Shown: positions 37,901 to 48,830 of the stretch, one piece after another | Layout: each line of letters begins with the position of its first letter | How positions within the stretch are numbered: the stretch's first letter is position 1 | The notes under the pieces: model-generated | The model's database searches: none | The model's input: the letters and a program-made list of their open reading frames with translations, nothing else | What the model was told of the DNA's origin: nothing | Assembly: GCA_001949185.1 (NCBI GenBank) | Contig: BDGG01000009.1 | Coordinates: 1,601,624 to 1,665,623 of the forward strand | DNA: 64,000 nt | From: Ramazzottius varieornatus | Lineage: Eukaryota; Animalia; Tardigrada | Direction: 5' to 3' | Position numbers and translations under genes: made by a program

Positions 37901-39861
37901 GACCATGCTCTGCCTCAAAACCGTCGTAATGACGGTGGGTGGAGGTCCTATCTGCAGCTGCTGGCTGGCCAGTACTTGGACTGCAGACGACAGGTCCATT
38001 TCCTCCGCGAGAGGTCTTGTTATAGCAGACTTGTCTTGGCTGGAATATTGGTCCGACCGACGACGCTTCCGCCAGTCTTTTCTGCAGCGCTTGGCTTCGA
38101 CGTAGTATAGCGTACTGGCAATGAAGAGCTGCAGCCCTCCAATGACAGCCAAAGCGAAGGACCAGGACAGGTAGTTGTTCTGCCATCCAGCCAGCCAGTC
38201 TTCCCTGTAGGCATTCGACCCAAAAACTGTACAGCATAGAAGGAACCAAAAGGCTGCAAAAGCAACTGGTGGTCCCCTTGTGGACTTATTCAAGGACTAA
38301 CATGAAATCTAACATGATATTGATATTTTGCTATGCACCTGATGCAATATGGCAGAAAGCTAGGGCGTACAGAAGCAATGTATGCCGTTTAGGGTCATTG
38401 CGGTTCCAGAAGGTCAGCAGAATTGTGGCGCAGAGGATCATCAGGATGAAGCCGGCGCCGAAGGTCAACTGAACGATGACAAAGAAGGCTGTAGAGGAAG
38501 GACAAGTCTGTATGAAAATTTAGCCTTTTGACGAGGTGGCGGTTAAGGTTGAATTCTTACGTGGAGCCAGGATGTCATACATGTACTTCCAGTGTGAATC
38601 GAAGAACCAGCGACAGGAGACAAAGTGTTGGGGGTAGCGGCGTTTGGGGTCGGAGAAGGAGCGGAAACAGAAGGTCCAGATGCCCATTTTGTCAAACTTG
38701 CTACTGTAGATGCGATTGTCCGACTCCAGCCAGTGCGGACTGCACAGAGCGATGGACAGCCAAAGGAAGGCTGTCATGCTCAGAGCTGAGGCAATCTGGA
38801 CTGTCCTTGAAGGAGCCTTACTTGAAGCGCGCTCTTCCCAATGGCTGGCCGCCGGCTCCTCCATATAAACTCACTCCCAAAAGACTCTGGGCAGCAAAGA
38901 CAGTCTTCTGCTGCCCCAATTGTAGCTATCTTGTTGCTCTGCAGAGGGTCTTGTGTAGCCTAGACAGACCAGCCTTACAACTCTTGTCCTTTCTGCAGTG
39001 TTCCGTTTGACTTGAAGTCAAGAGCGTATCCACTTCTAGGAATATCATTAATTTTTTCACAGGAAGTCGCCATGCAAGACTTGATTACTTATTTGTGTTC
39101 GGAGATGGTCTTTCCGATTGCTAACATTCTTTTTTGGATATGTTAGTGTGGTATGAGACGACGGATCTGCACAAAGCCGAGAATGCCTTTTTGACAAGTC
39201 ATTGGTGGCATATTTCCTACATTTCACCAAACTTGAATGAGCTGAAGAGCATCTTCAAAAGGCTAGGACTCTCTCTTCCAGCTGACATTGACGGTTAGTA
39301 AATGTCAAGAGCCAGCACCAGGTACCTGACCAAAGTGGCGCGTCCCGTAGATGAAGCTTCTTGCAGGCATCGCCGACGGAAGTGGGCATGTGGCCACCGT
39401 CTCGCACATCTTCCAACACATTCCCAGCCTGCAGATACTTTTACTCAAGTTGGGCAAGCGCGGCTCGCTGCTCCTTTCCACCACTGAAGTCCATCAGCCC
39501 TTCAGCAACGTCAAAGTATGGCGGCAGTCACAGCCCACGGTCTATGCCAGGTTCTACGATGCGCCAGCAGTGGCCTCGGGCGATATTGTCAATGTCAGCG
39601 GAAGTGGCGACTGGTAGGTATTACTAATACCTTCAACATGCTTTCTGTAGACTACAGTGCCATCGGACTTTCTTCTTTAGTATGGCGTCGGGCATTATAC
39701 ATGGCATCCTCAATGGCTGGTCCATTGACCAGTCCGTCGATTTGGGTACAAAAGCTGCAGCCTGCTCCTTGCTCTCCTTGAAAACTGTGCCGGAAACTCT
39801 GAACCAACTGACCAGCGCAAGCGCAGCATCCACTGATGGACGTCAGCTCAAGGTCCCTTGA
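22984..39861 (+). CDS. Bifunctional pseudouridine-5'-phosphate glycosidase (PsuG/IndA) + PfkB-family pseudouridine kinase (PsuK); multi-exon with two giant introns 24742-28930 and 29691-39146
   Basis: PsuG motifs VALEST..HGMPYP, GGTTVSATM, TGGIGGVHR, DVSADLTEL, KSILD and VTPFLL. PfkB motifs VVIGG, GGVGHNVA, LDGNP|VWYE, ISPNLNEL, LKLGKRG and NVSGSGDC. Splice phases match across both large introns. The Arg-rich N-terminus (MRFFPARLISHASRHF) resembles a mitochondrial presequence. Confidence 0.9.
24978..26976 (-). CDS. Tetraspanin (TSPAN12/TSP-14-like), nested antisense in intron 24742-28930 of the PsuG-PsuK gene
   Basis: TM1 YYRVWIYISCIV, GVLGARKLS.RLL, large extracellular loop with CCG, PDSCC and GCY, and TM4 DILFVIGYAILGF. 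The C-terminal exon structure is less certain. Confidence 0.85.
29715..30767 (-). CDS. Claudin/PMP22-family protein, kune-kune-like (nested)
   Basis: Claudin signature W-GLW-C-C (TPNWMES...LGLWQVCF...GCHW...EY), WFLAVQ, WMP...NFYSWSF and C-terminal -GTEL. Four exons. Confidence 0.85.
31516..32425 (-). CDS. Claudin/PMP22-family protein, pickel/Megatrachea-like (nested)
   Basis: SWLES...AGLWIFCF...GCRHIFDED, RGDGRDWMPDW..NYLSWGF and C-terminal class I PDZ-type motif -TQV. Two exons. Confidence 0.85.
34682..36439 (-). CDS. Claudin/PMP22-family protein, sinuous-like paralog 2 (nested; 3' end uncertain)
   Basis: TPVWLEAD...FDKMGLWQFCFR...CRWYF...LAP | FFIATQVLYTIGF | W..GWQSNYLSWSFALAV. A possible extra intron after ...EMTS makes the stop uncertain. 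Confidence 0.82.
37898..38864 (-). CDS. Claudin/PMP22-family protein, sinuous-like paralog 1 (nested)
   Basis: SPHWLESD.RI...FDKMGIWTFCFRS...FVSCRWFFD...LAP | FFVIVQ | WLAGWQNNYLSWSFALAV, with C-terminal -SMV. Three exons. Confidence 0.85.
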
Positions 39862-40249
39862 GTGTTTTTCTACACCTTCTTGTCTTCCAAGTTTATCCGT
39901 CTGAGACTTTACAACTTGAAGATAACCTCATTTCTCAGCGAGCTGCTGAGGATAGAAACTTCACTTCCTTGTTGATAATTTGTTCAAAATGCCGGTCGTA
40001 CTAGCTAGTAACTGCTCGTTGGATGCAAGTGCAAACCAAGTTTCCTGAAAATGTCCTTATTGTCTTACTCGAAGTGATATTAAGAAAATATCCCTATTAA
40101 CCGTGGTACAAAACGAAATTGATAAACAAAGAACAATCACGATAAAAAAGATTGAAGGTTTGTGAAAAAGGCGGAAAGGCAGGGCTGGTAATCTCCATGT
40201 GAGCGAAGAGTAGGAGAAAGACAGCAAGCAATATCCAGATTGTTGGTTG

Positions 40250-41139
40250 TCAAACAACATAACCAGCTGGCACCAGGATTTCATCGTCTGGGTGTGCAAT
40301 GGCGTTGGACTCGAAAGAAGCTCCTTCGTTGAGGATGATCAACTTTGGGAAGGCCAAGCGGAAGCGCCGAAACTCTTTGCTAAAAGTGACGAAAAACATC
40401 ACTTCAACGAAGGCCGTTATCCACTCGCATATGGCACTGGCTGTATGATACTCCCATCCACCGTCTGCCTGTAGAAACAGCGACACAGTCACAGCACATG
40501 CGTCGTAAGTTGAAGCCTTGTTGAACTAACCGGAATCCAGTTGACGACAGTTCGTCCATCCAACGGTTTGTAGTCTCGAAAAGCCAGGGCGATGGTGACG
40601 TGCATGAGGATGAAGCCCAGGAGGCCAATAACGGAAAGAACCAGCCGTAGATGGCAGATGGCTCGCGATTCGCCGCCAGGGTGAATTTGATAGGAGATGT
40701 AGGTTTCGATCCACATGTAGACGGCACCGACCCCGAAGACCATGGCTGCGCCGGCGATATGCAGCTCGATCTGGTTGACTTCTTGGAAGTTGGCGACGAG
40801 GGAGACACCCAAGGCTGAGGTCAGACCTAGGAATAAGGAGAATCTGCTCAAGAATCGGAAGCGGGGGAAGTGGGCGTAGACGTCGCTGTGGTGGTCGCGC
40901 AGTTGCAGGTGGCGGAGGTAGACGGTTAGGGCTATCAGCAAGCTGCCCATGTTCAGCAGCTGGCCGAAGAAGCAACTCTCCGGAGCGAAGGTTCCCGTGT
41001 CGGAGATGAAGGGCATGAAGGCAGGGACATGGCGCGAAGAGACGGCCCAGGCGTAGGATATCAGGCAGGTGCAGATGAGCAGGCCGCCGGTGATAATGGG
41101 GATGTGCGTGATGGCAAACTGCATGCACAGGTTGCGCAT
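40250..41139 (-). CDS. DRAM/TMEM150 (Frag1/DRAM/Sfk1 family) membrane protein, two exons
   Basis: PFISDTGT..PESCFFGQLLN, VANFQE, HIAGA..VF and SAICEW...FFVTF.KEF. Intron at ~40470-40528. Confidence 0.88.
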
Positions 41140-41659
41140 CTTGATCAGGGCAGATCGAGCAAGCCTAGGCCCAAGGACAACGCAGAACAGCAAACGATCG
41201 AGGGCTGCTCCACTCCTTCTGCTGGACGACCGTAAGCTCTACACAATCATGGACAGAGCTGCCCCTTTCTTGTTCAACAGAAGCGATGGCCTATAAAGTT
41301 ATTGGCGATAAAACAGGGACAGCTCACAAAGAAACTACACGCACTGTAAGTGAACCAGCCTCTTCTTACCTGCCGTTTTCCAAGTGCCAGTAGCAATGAA
41401 GAGGTAAAGATCACCGTATCTCTGATCCAGCCGCTAGTTCCGAATTGTTCTGCCTATGGCCACTCTTAAAGATGAGACCATCTACCGATGGGCAAATGGA
41501 GAACAACACACTACATGGGCTGTGGGCAAAGCTGCTCAGGTGGATGGGGTCATGGCGTAGAGGCTCAGATGGTGAAAATTCAGTAAAGGCCAGGCCAGCC
41601 GAGGGTAAGGGTTGGGACCGCAGTACGATAGATAGAATTACTGAGCCTCGACAATAGGC

Positions 41660-42080
41660 TGATTTTGATTTCTCAGGGGCTCGGCACAGAAAACCAAATC
41701 GCACAGAAATGGAAATGAAAATAGAAAATCAAATCGACCCGCCCACGAGCCAATCAAGCGCGACTTCTTTTAATTTCGATGTGATCTCGAATTTCTGTGC
41801 GTTTTCCGCTCCCATCAAAATTACGGAATTTTGATGGGACACCAAAATCTGTCTCGCCTGCGGTCTTCGCCTCGCACATCAATTCTGTTTTACGCTGAAC
41901 CAGCTGATTGCTCGTACCGACCGTAACTCGTCACCGTAGGTCCTCCCTAGGCGACTTCTAGGTCCTAAATCCCGGTTCGCAAGCTGTTTTTTCGACTTAA
42001 ACGGAAACTAATATTCGAGATTTTCTTTCGCTGTTTCTGTGCGATCCGTTTCCTGCGCGTTTCAAGCAATCAAGAAATCG
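41660..42080. repeat. Degenerate inverted-repeat element with an internal 13-bp perfect hairpin
   Basis: ATCGCACAGAAA at 41698-41709 versus TTTCTGTGCGAT at 42034-42045. Hairpin TCCCATCAAAATT-acgg-AATTTTGATGGGA at 41810-41839. Confidence 0.4.
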
Positions 42081-42277
42081 CGATCATCCTAATCTAGTCG
42101 ACGGCTTCCTCGATCGTCAGAGGATAACAAACCATAAAAATACAGTAATAACAGCCTTGGCAAGTGGAAGCGATCAAGACTAACTTCAGAAGATCGACAC
42201 ATAGAAATTACAATCCGAGATCAGGCACCAGAGAAGAGGTGGAAAACTCGCACAACTATAGCAGGGAGAGCTAACCG

Positions 42278-43000
42278 CTAAACTAGGAATGGGGGTGCGT
42301 TCTTTCCGCCTTCGTCCAGGTGCTCACTCGTCTGTTTCCATGTCCGACTGGGTCCGTCGTTCCCGGTTTGATGCTCGAGCTGGTCCATGTGTGTGGTTGG
42401 GTCTTTGCTGTCCGTCGCGAGCATCTTCTTCGCCGACTTGGGCTCGCCCTCCGAACCTGGTAGTACCGACGGGAGCTTTATCCGCCTAGCTCGGCGGGTC
42501 GAGGTCTTAATTGTCATTCGCCGGCCATCCTCCTCCATAGTCCCCGGGGCGGATTCCCCGTTGTTCGCCACTATTACGTCCACTTCCCTGGTGTCCACTG
42601 CGTCCTGTACGTTATTTCCTCGTCGTCCACGACCGCCACGTCCACCGTCCCGTCCGGCGGCATGACCGCCTCCACGACCACCACCGCGTCCGTCAGAGCG
42701 GCCACGAGCACCGCCACGCCCACTCGCACAATGAAAGCCGGCAATTTTCAGTTTCGGCCCGAGCCCCAGCAGCCCCTGTTGAATTTCCATTCGCTTGTGC
42801 CTCTACGCGACTACGTCATGACCCCATCCACCTGAGGAGTTTTGCCTACAGCCAGGGCCGTCGCGGCCTGTAATGAATGTATCAAGATTGCAGTGTGACA
42901 TCACCGGTTCATGGCTGATTACAGTGCAAAACTTATCGCGACGCATGACGTGGTTGATACATTCAACAGAGGCCGCGACGGCCCCCTGCCCACAGCCCAC
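42278..43000 (-). pseudogene. Interrupted ORF with ECINHV motif and RGG-rich segment; possible transposase relic
   Basis: ORFs 43000-42803 and 42790-42278 share a reading frame and are separated by one TAG. ECINHVMRR resembles the EC.NH motif of Mutator-like transposases. Confidence 0.3.
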
Positions 43001-43132
43001 ATATAGATTATATTATATGGTTAACTTTTTAGTGGGAATAGTAGCGATTGCTTGTACAGTGTGAAACCTTGCTCCTCGTACATCTGCAGATTCTGCACTC
43101 GTTGCGAATCAGCCAACGACTCCATAAACTAC

Positions 43133-43317
43133 TGATTAGCTAGGACACTCTACGGACCCAGTCCGTTTGAAATGACCGGCAGGACAGTGGGTGAAATATT
43201 TGGTCTATGTGTGGACCAGTCAGCCTAGCGACATGACATCACACGCACCACTTGAAAATGTCCTCACCGGCCGGATTTTTTTTCACGCCCGGGTACCAAA
43301 AGTGTCCTAGCTAATCA
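43133..43317. mobile_element. Short MITE-like element
   Basis: Perfect 17-bp inverted termini TGATTAGCTAGGACACT (43133-43149) and AGTGTCCTAGCTAATCA (43301-43317). Confidence 0.65.
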
Positions 43318-44097
43318 ACAGTTCACAGTAGCCAGAATCTCGTAAGCCAGGGTGCAATTTACAACAGTGGGATATGAGTCACTCCTACGGAGGGCGCAGT
43401 AGTAGACACTTTGAATCTACATTTTCCAGATGATTCAGCAGCAAGGTGGACCGGAAGTTCAAGATTCCAAGCATACAGGTAAGAACGATCGATATCAGAT
43501 GCGCGTAACTCTTGATTCGCGGAAGCGCTCGATTCGAGAAGACAGATAGCTGATGGTTTGGAGTGGGACATCGGGAGGCTTGACTGACTGACTGGCCAAT
43601 ACAGGTAAAAATTACTGACTCGCATTTATATCTTATAATAAGTAATATGGTTATGTGCCTCCTGGGCAAAGTTCACCTTTCCGTCATTGTCACTCTGCCA
43701 TGTTGGAATGAGACGAAGAAGTGTTATAGATTTGCGGATTGTTGGGACTGAGCCTGAGTATTCAGCGGAAGTCAGGACCATCTGTGCATTGGGATTACCA
43801 GAGGTCCTCTTCACAGTCTTCACCTTCGGGGCACTCCGCTTCGCTACTTTGAGTGTGCTGCATCGTTGTCGCTCAGCACTATTTGCTCCATAATTCATAC
43901 ACAAGACGTCACGGCGGCTGTTTCGTACGTGTCTTGGGACAGATCGATCCATGTCTGTGCCCGTTAAATTATTACATGTGAAGATAACGAGGTGAAATTA
44001 CACAGTCCATATGGTGGAGTCATCTTCCCCTTTACCTCTCCATTCTGGGATCACGCTCCTCATCAAGCTGGGCTGATACATCCATTCACCGTAGAAA

Positions 44098-47000
44098 ATG
44101 GCTTCCTTCGAGATGCGCGTATTTCCTAGAGCGCCCAAGGAAGTGGACATTGCGGTGAGCACAGTGATTCGTGGCCTGTATACAGCGCTCAAGAATTTGA
44201 GTCAATATTGGTTGTGTCGGTTTTTCCCCCGTAGATCGTGGGCATGACATGTGCCTCATGTGTCAACTCCATTGAGAAAAGTCTGAAAGGCGTTACGGGT
44301 GTTCTTGCTGTTTCGGTCGCTCTCACCACGGGCAGAGGACGCTTCGGATATAACCCGGAAGTCATCAGTCCAGAACAAATCGCCGAGGAAATATCCGTAA
44401 AACTTACATTGTTACTCAGTTTAATTCGCTCGTCCGACTAAAACGGATTATCGTGCTGGTATAACCCTTAAACTTGTCCAGGACATGGGCTTTGACGCAA
44501 CTGTGATCGGTGAACACCAACTGCCCGACATGGGCAGAACAGAGGAAATGGCCGATCTGACGGTACATTAATACCTCTTGGAAACTGTCATATCAGTTCG
44601 TACTTGCTCAGATAGGCTCTTGGAATTTCTTCCGCCAAGTAAGCTGTACGTTTCATCTCCGATGTTTTCTTATTAGATAACGGGAATGACCTGTTCCTCT
44701 TGTGTGCACACCATCGAATGTGGCCTTGCCGACATGCCCGGCATGTTGGCGGCCTCCGTCGCTCTCTCCACCAGCAAGGGACACTTCAGATACGACCCCA
44801 CCAAGACCAACATCAGGAAGATCATGGAGGCGATTGAGGTAGGTTAGAGTTTTTCGTCACCTGGTCAGGAGATTAGTTGGTGTTTTAAGCGGTTGTGGGT
44901 TATTGTTACAGGATATGGGTTTCGGAGCCTCGTTACCGTCCAAAAAGACCTTTGACCCTCAGAAAGAGCATGGGGAAGCCATTCGCAAGTGGTTTCACTC
45001 CTTCTTGTGGTCGCTCATCTTCGGAGGGCCCTGTATGGCCATCATGATGGTCTTCATGTCCCGCCACTCACATGGCCTACATGATCCGGACCTCATACCC
45101 GGTCTGTCGCTGGAGAACCTCCTACTCTTCCTCACTAGCACGCCTGTTCTCGTAAGAACTTCCCTGCTGACTTCCGTCATGGGAAAAAGGCAACTTTAGT
45201 AGTTTTACGTTGTAGATATTCGGAGGGAGGATGTTTTTCGTCAATGCCTGGAAGGCTCTCAAGCATCACTCGGCCAACATGGACGTGCTCATTGCCCTTG
45301 CCACCTCCATATCCTATGTTTACTCCTTGACCATGGTCGTCATCGCCATGTCACTGCGACTGAAGAGCCCGATGGTCTTTTTCGACACGCCACCCATGCT
45401 CCTCATGTTCGTCTCCTTGGGTCGCTGGCTGGAACACAAAGCAAAGGTAAAGCAAGCCCCTTCTCTTTCTCCACAGCCATCACCGCTCCAACAGAGCTTT
45501 ATCCGTGCAGATTAAGACATCGGAGGCTCTTGCCAAATTACGGTCTCTTCAGGCAACAGAAGCCATCCTCTGCACCATCGACTTGGACAACACCGTCACT
45601 TCTGAAAAGTCTATCGATATAGATCTGGTGCAAAAGTATGACATTCTCAAAGTCCTTCCGGCCACAAAGATACCCGTCGATGGCGTCATCATTGATGGAG
45701 CTAGCAGGGTCGATGAATCCTTGATCACCGGAGAAGCTATGCCGGTACCAAAAACGAGAGGTAGACTTGACTGTCTTCCTACTTGTGCCATCTGCAATTC
45801 ATCGTTGTCACTTGCGTTTTCAGGTTCCATTGTGATTGGCGGATCTGTCAACCAGACCGGTGTGCTCTTGATCAGGGCAACGCATGTTGGACAAGACACG
45901 GCGCTGTCGCAGATTGCGCGCCTTGTGGAGGAAGCGCAGACGAACAAGGCGCCCATTCAGAAGTACGCCGACAAGATTGCCGGCTTCTTTGTGCCCATGA
46001 TTATCACCGTCTCCATGATCACGGTAGTCTCATGGATCATCGTTGGCTATGTCATGCCCGACGCCATTCCCGCATCAATGGCCGGTGATCACGGCACATT
46101 CATCACCGGTCGACATGGACATGCAACCGGAAGTAGCAAAAGCTTCACGCTGGCTGAACGCATATGGGCTGCCGAACACAACCAAACAGTCTCGGTTCGT
46201 CTCTTCCGTCAATTAAGTTCAATGGGGATGCATGGTGCTTATGTTCTGTTATGCAGAGTGAAGTGCACGAACATGAGGAGCATTCGACCTTGATGCATCC
46301 CAGTGACGAACAGATCTTCGAGTTCGCCTTCCGTTGTGCCTTGAGTGTCTTGGCTATCGCCTGTCCTTGTGCTCTGGGACTGGCTACTCCTACTGCCGTC
46401 ATGGTGGGAACCGGTGTGGGAGCGCTCAATGGTATTCTGATCAAGGGCGGAGAACCGCTGGAGACTATGCGAAAGGTCAGTGTGCCTTTGAAATTGTAAT
46501 TGGGAAAGCGGCCCAACAAGATGTAACAGCAGTTCACGCACCTGCATACGTGCACCTGCATCGGTCCATACGTGCACCGGGTATGCAGGTTGGTGGAGTA
46601 ATCGATCGGGCGTGCCGACCTTGCAGGATGTATCCTCCAACTACTGTACCTACTACCGCCTTTCAACATTTCAAAGTAATGCTTTACTACTGACTCTTTG
46701 TTCAGATCAAATGTTTGGTGTTCGACAAAACCGGGACTTTAACGAATGGTAGACCGGAAATGACAACGGTGTGTTTGTTCGTGGAACAGTCGCTATGCTC
46801 CATCGGCAGATTTCTGGCCATAGCCGGCACGGCGGAAGCTAACAGCGAGCACCCGATCGCCATGGCCATCACCAAGTTCGTCAAGGAAGTAAGTTGGAAT
46901 CTTTCTAGGAGATTGTCTATCGTTTCTAACGCCTTCTTCTCTTTCCCAGACATTGCAAATTGCGGCATTTGGGAAATGCTGGAACTTTGTAGCCACACCC

Positions 47001-48522
47001 GGATACGGACTACGGTGCAAGGTTTCCGGGGTAGAGTCGCTGGCCGATGCATACGAAGCTCGAGATCGCGTCAGCAATGGCATGGTCTCGCCATCGTCGC
47101 CGTCCAAGGTGGTGATTGACAGAGAACCACTCAGTCGTTCTGTATCGCCGGTGTCTTTGCCGGGTAGCCAAAGTGGATCACCGCCTACCTACGACGTGCT
47201 GATTGGTAACCGAGATTGGATGCGCCAACATAATATAGATGTTCCCATCGATGTAGATCAGAAGATGCTCGACCAGGAAAAGAAGGGCCAAACTGCAGTC
47301 CTTATTGCGCTCAATGGCAAGTGACAGTCATTAACCCTTATAACAACAGCTCGACTGACCAATCCTGTCTTTTAGGCATACTGACAGGGATGTTAGCGGT
47401 CTCGGACTTGGTCAAGCCGGAAGCCAGATTAGCCGTCCACACGCTGCAGCGAATGGGATTGGACGTTTTGTTATTAACGGGCGATAATCGACAGACCGCC
47501 AAAGCTATAGCACAAGAAGTAAGCTATAATACGCTCACACATAAGATTGGCATTTGTTATTTCTGATGATTGGTTTGCAGGTCGGAATAAGCAATAAGAA
47601 GGTATACGCCGAAGTCCTACCTTCGCAGAAGGCCGATGTGATAAGACGGTTGCAGAAGAAGACCATCAAGGTGGCCATGGTCGGCGACGGCATCAACGAC
47701 TCTCCAGCACTCGCACAGGCCGATGTCGGCATCGCCATTGGCTCGGGAACCGATGTGGCTGTTGAAGCAGCTCAGATAGTCTTGATTCGAGTAAGTCCAG
47801 TCAGTTTCATGTCATACAGTCCCCAATGGAAGATTACAGTTCCATCTGCTTTTACTTTGTAGAATGATCTCCTTGACGTCATTGCAGCTCTCCTGCTGTC
47901 CCGCATGACAGTGCGGCGTATCCGTTTAAACTTCTTATTCGCCATTGTTTACAATATCATTGGCATTCCAGTTGCTGCTGGTAAGGTCGATGTGAGATGC
48001 ATACAAAGTATTTTGATAAGCAAACCCACATTTCGGACATGGGAGAATCCTTTGAAACAGATCTTTTTCTTAATTGCCGCACACTCTTGGCTAGTAACAG
48101 TGGAAAAGTGCGCCACTTGATATGTCGATCTGGGTAGTTCATACCGTTTCAGCCTGATAAGCGGATCTTTTTCAGGCGCTCTCCGGCCATGGGGTATTGT
48201 CATCGACCCATGGATGGGTGCTGCAGCCATGGCTTTGTCGTCGGTATCGGTGGTAACTTCGTCGCTGCTGCTGAAAAGATTTCGGAAGCCGGGCAAAATG
48301 AAGCTGGAAACGGCAGAGTATCTCAATGGTCTGGACCACAAGGCAGCCGTTGTGGATGATCAAGACGTCAACGCCGATTCCATAGGCAGTGACAGCGAGA
48401 CAGAAACGGTGGTATATGACGCAAAGGACCCTTTGACCAGGCTTCGGATGATGACCAACAACCGGAAGAGGAATGTGGACCACGAATACCGCAGTGTTCT
48501 CGGAGGTGTCTCGTTAGCCTGA
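44098..48522 (+). CDS. ATP7: Copper-transporting P1B-type ATPase (ATP7A/B homolog), multi-exon
   Basis: Two HMA domains (GMTCASC, GMTCSSC), then [42 protein letters not shown] and MALSS. The start MASFEM at 44098 is inferred and is preceded by an AG acceptor. Confidence 0.96.
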
Positions 48523-48830
48523 AACCAACGTTTTCTCTCTTCAGAGTCTTTTTCACGAAAAGGGTGGCCAGCTACTCGTGTTTCAGAAAGGCGATTTTTC
48601 AGAGTTTTTACTTTTTCATTCATGATCTTTCTGAGCGAAGAGCTCACAGGCTAGTGCCAACATGCAAATCTGATTTCTCCGTGATTTTTTTGCCGCATTA
48701 TCAGAAGTTCTAAAGCAAAATCGGACTGATCAGCTACATAGCAAAGTAAAGAGCTGAACGTGGAAATGGTTGATATCAAACTCATTACAATGCCTTCCGT
48801 TACCCATTCAGCATATCTTCTTCAGTACGA

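Noticed and set aside
22984-39861. PsuG-PsuK as a bacterial horizontal transfer
   Set aside because: The fused form is widespread in eukaryotes and this copy has many spliceosomal introns, so nothing in the sequence supports recent transfer.
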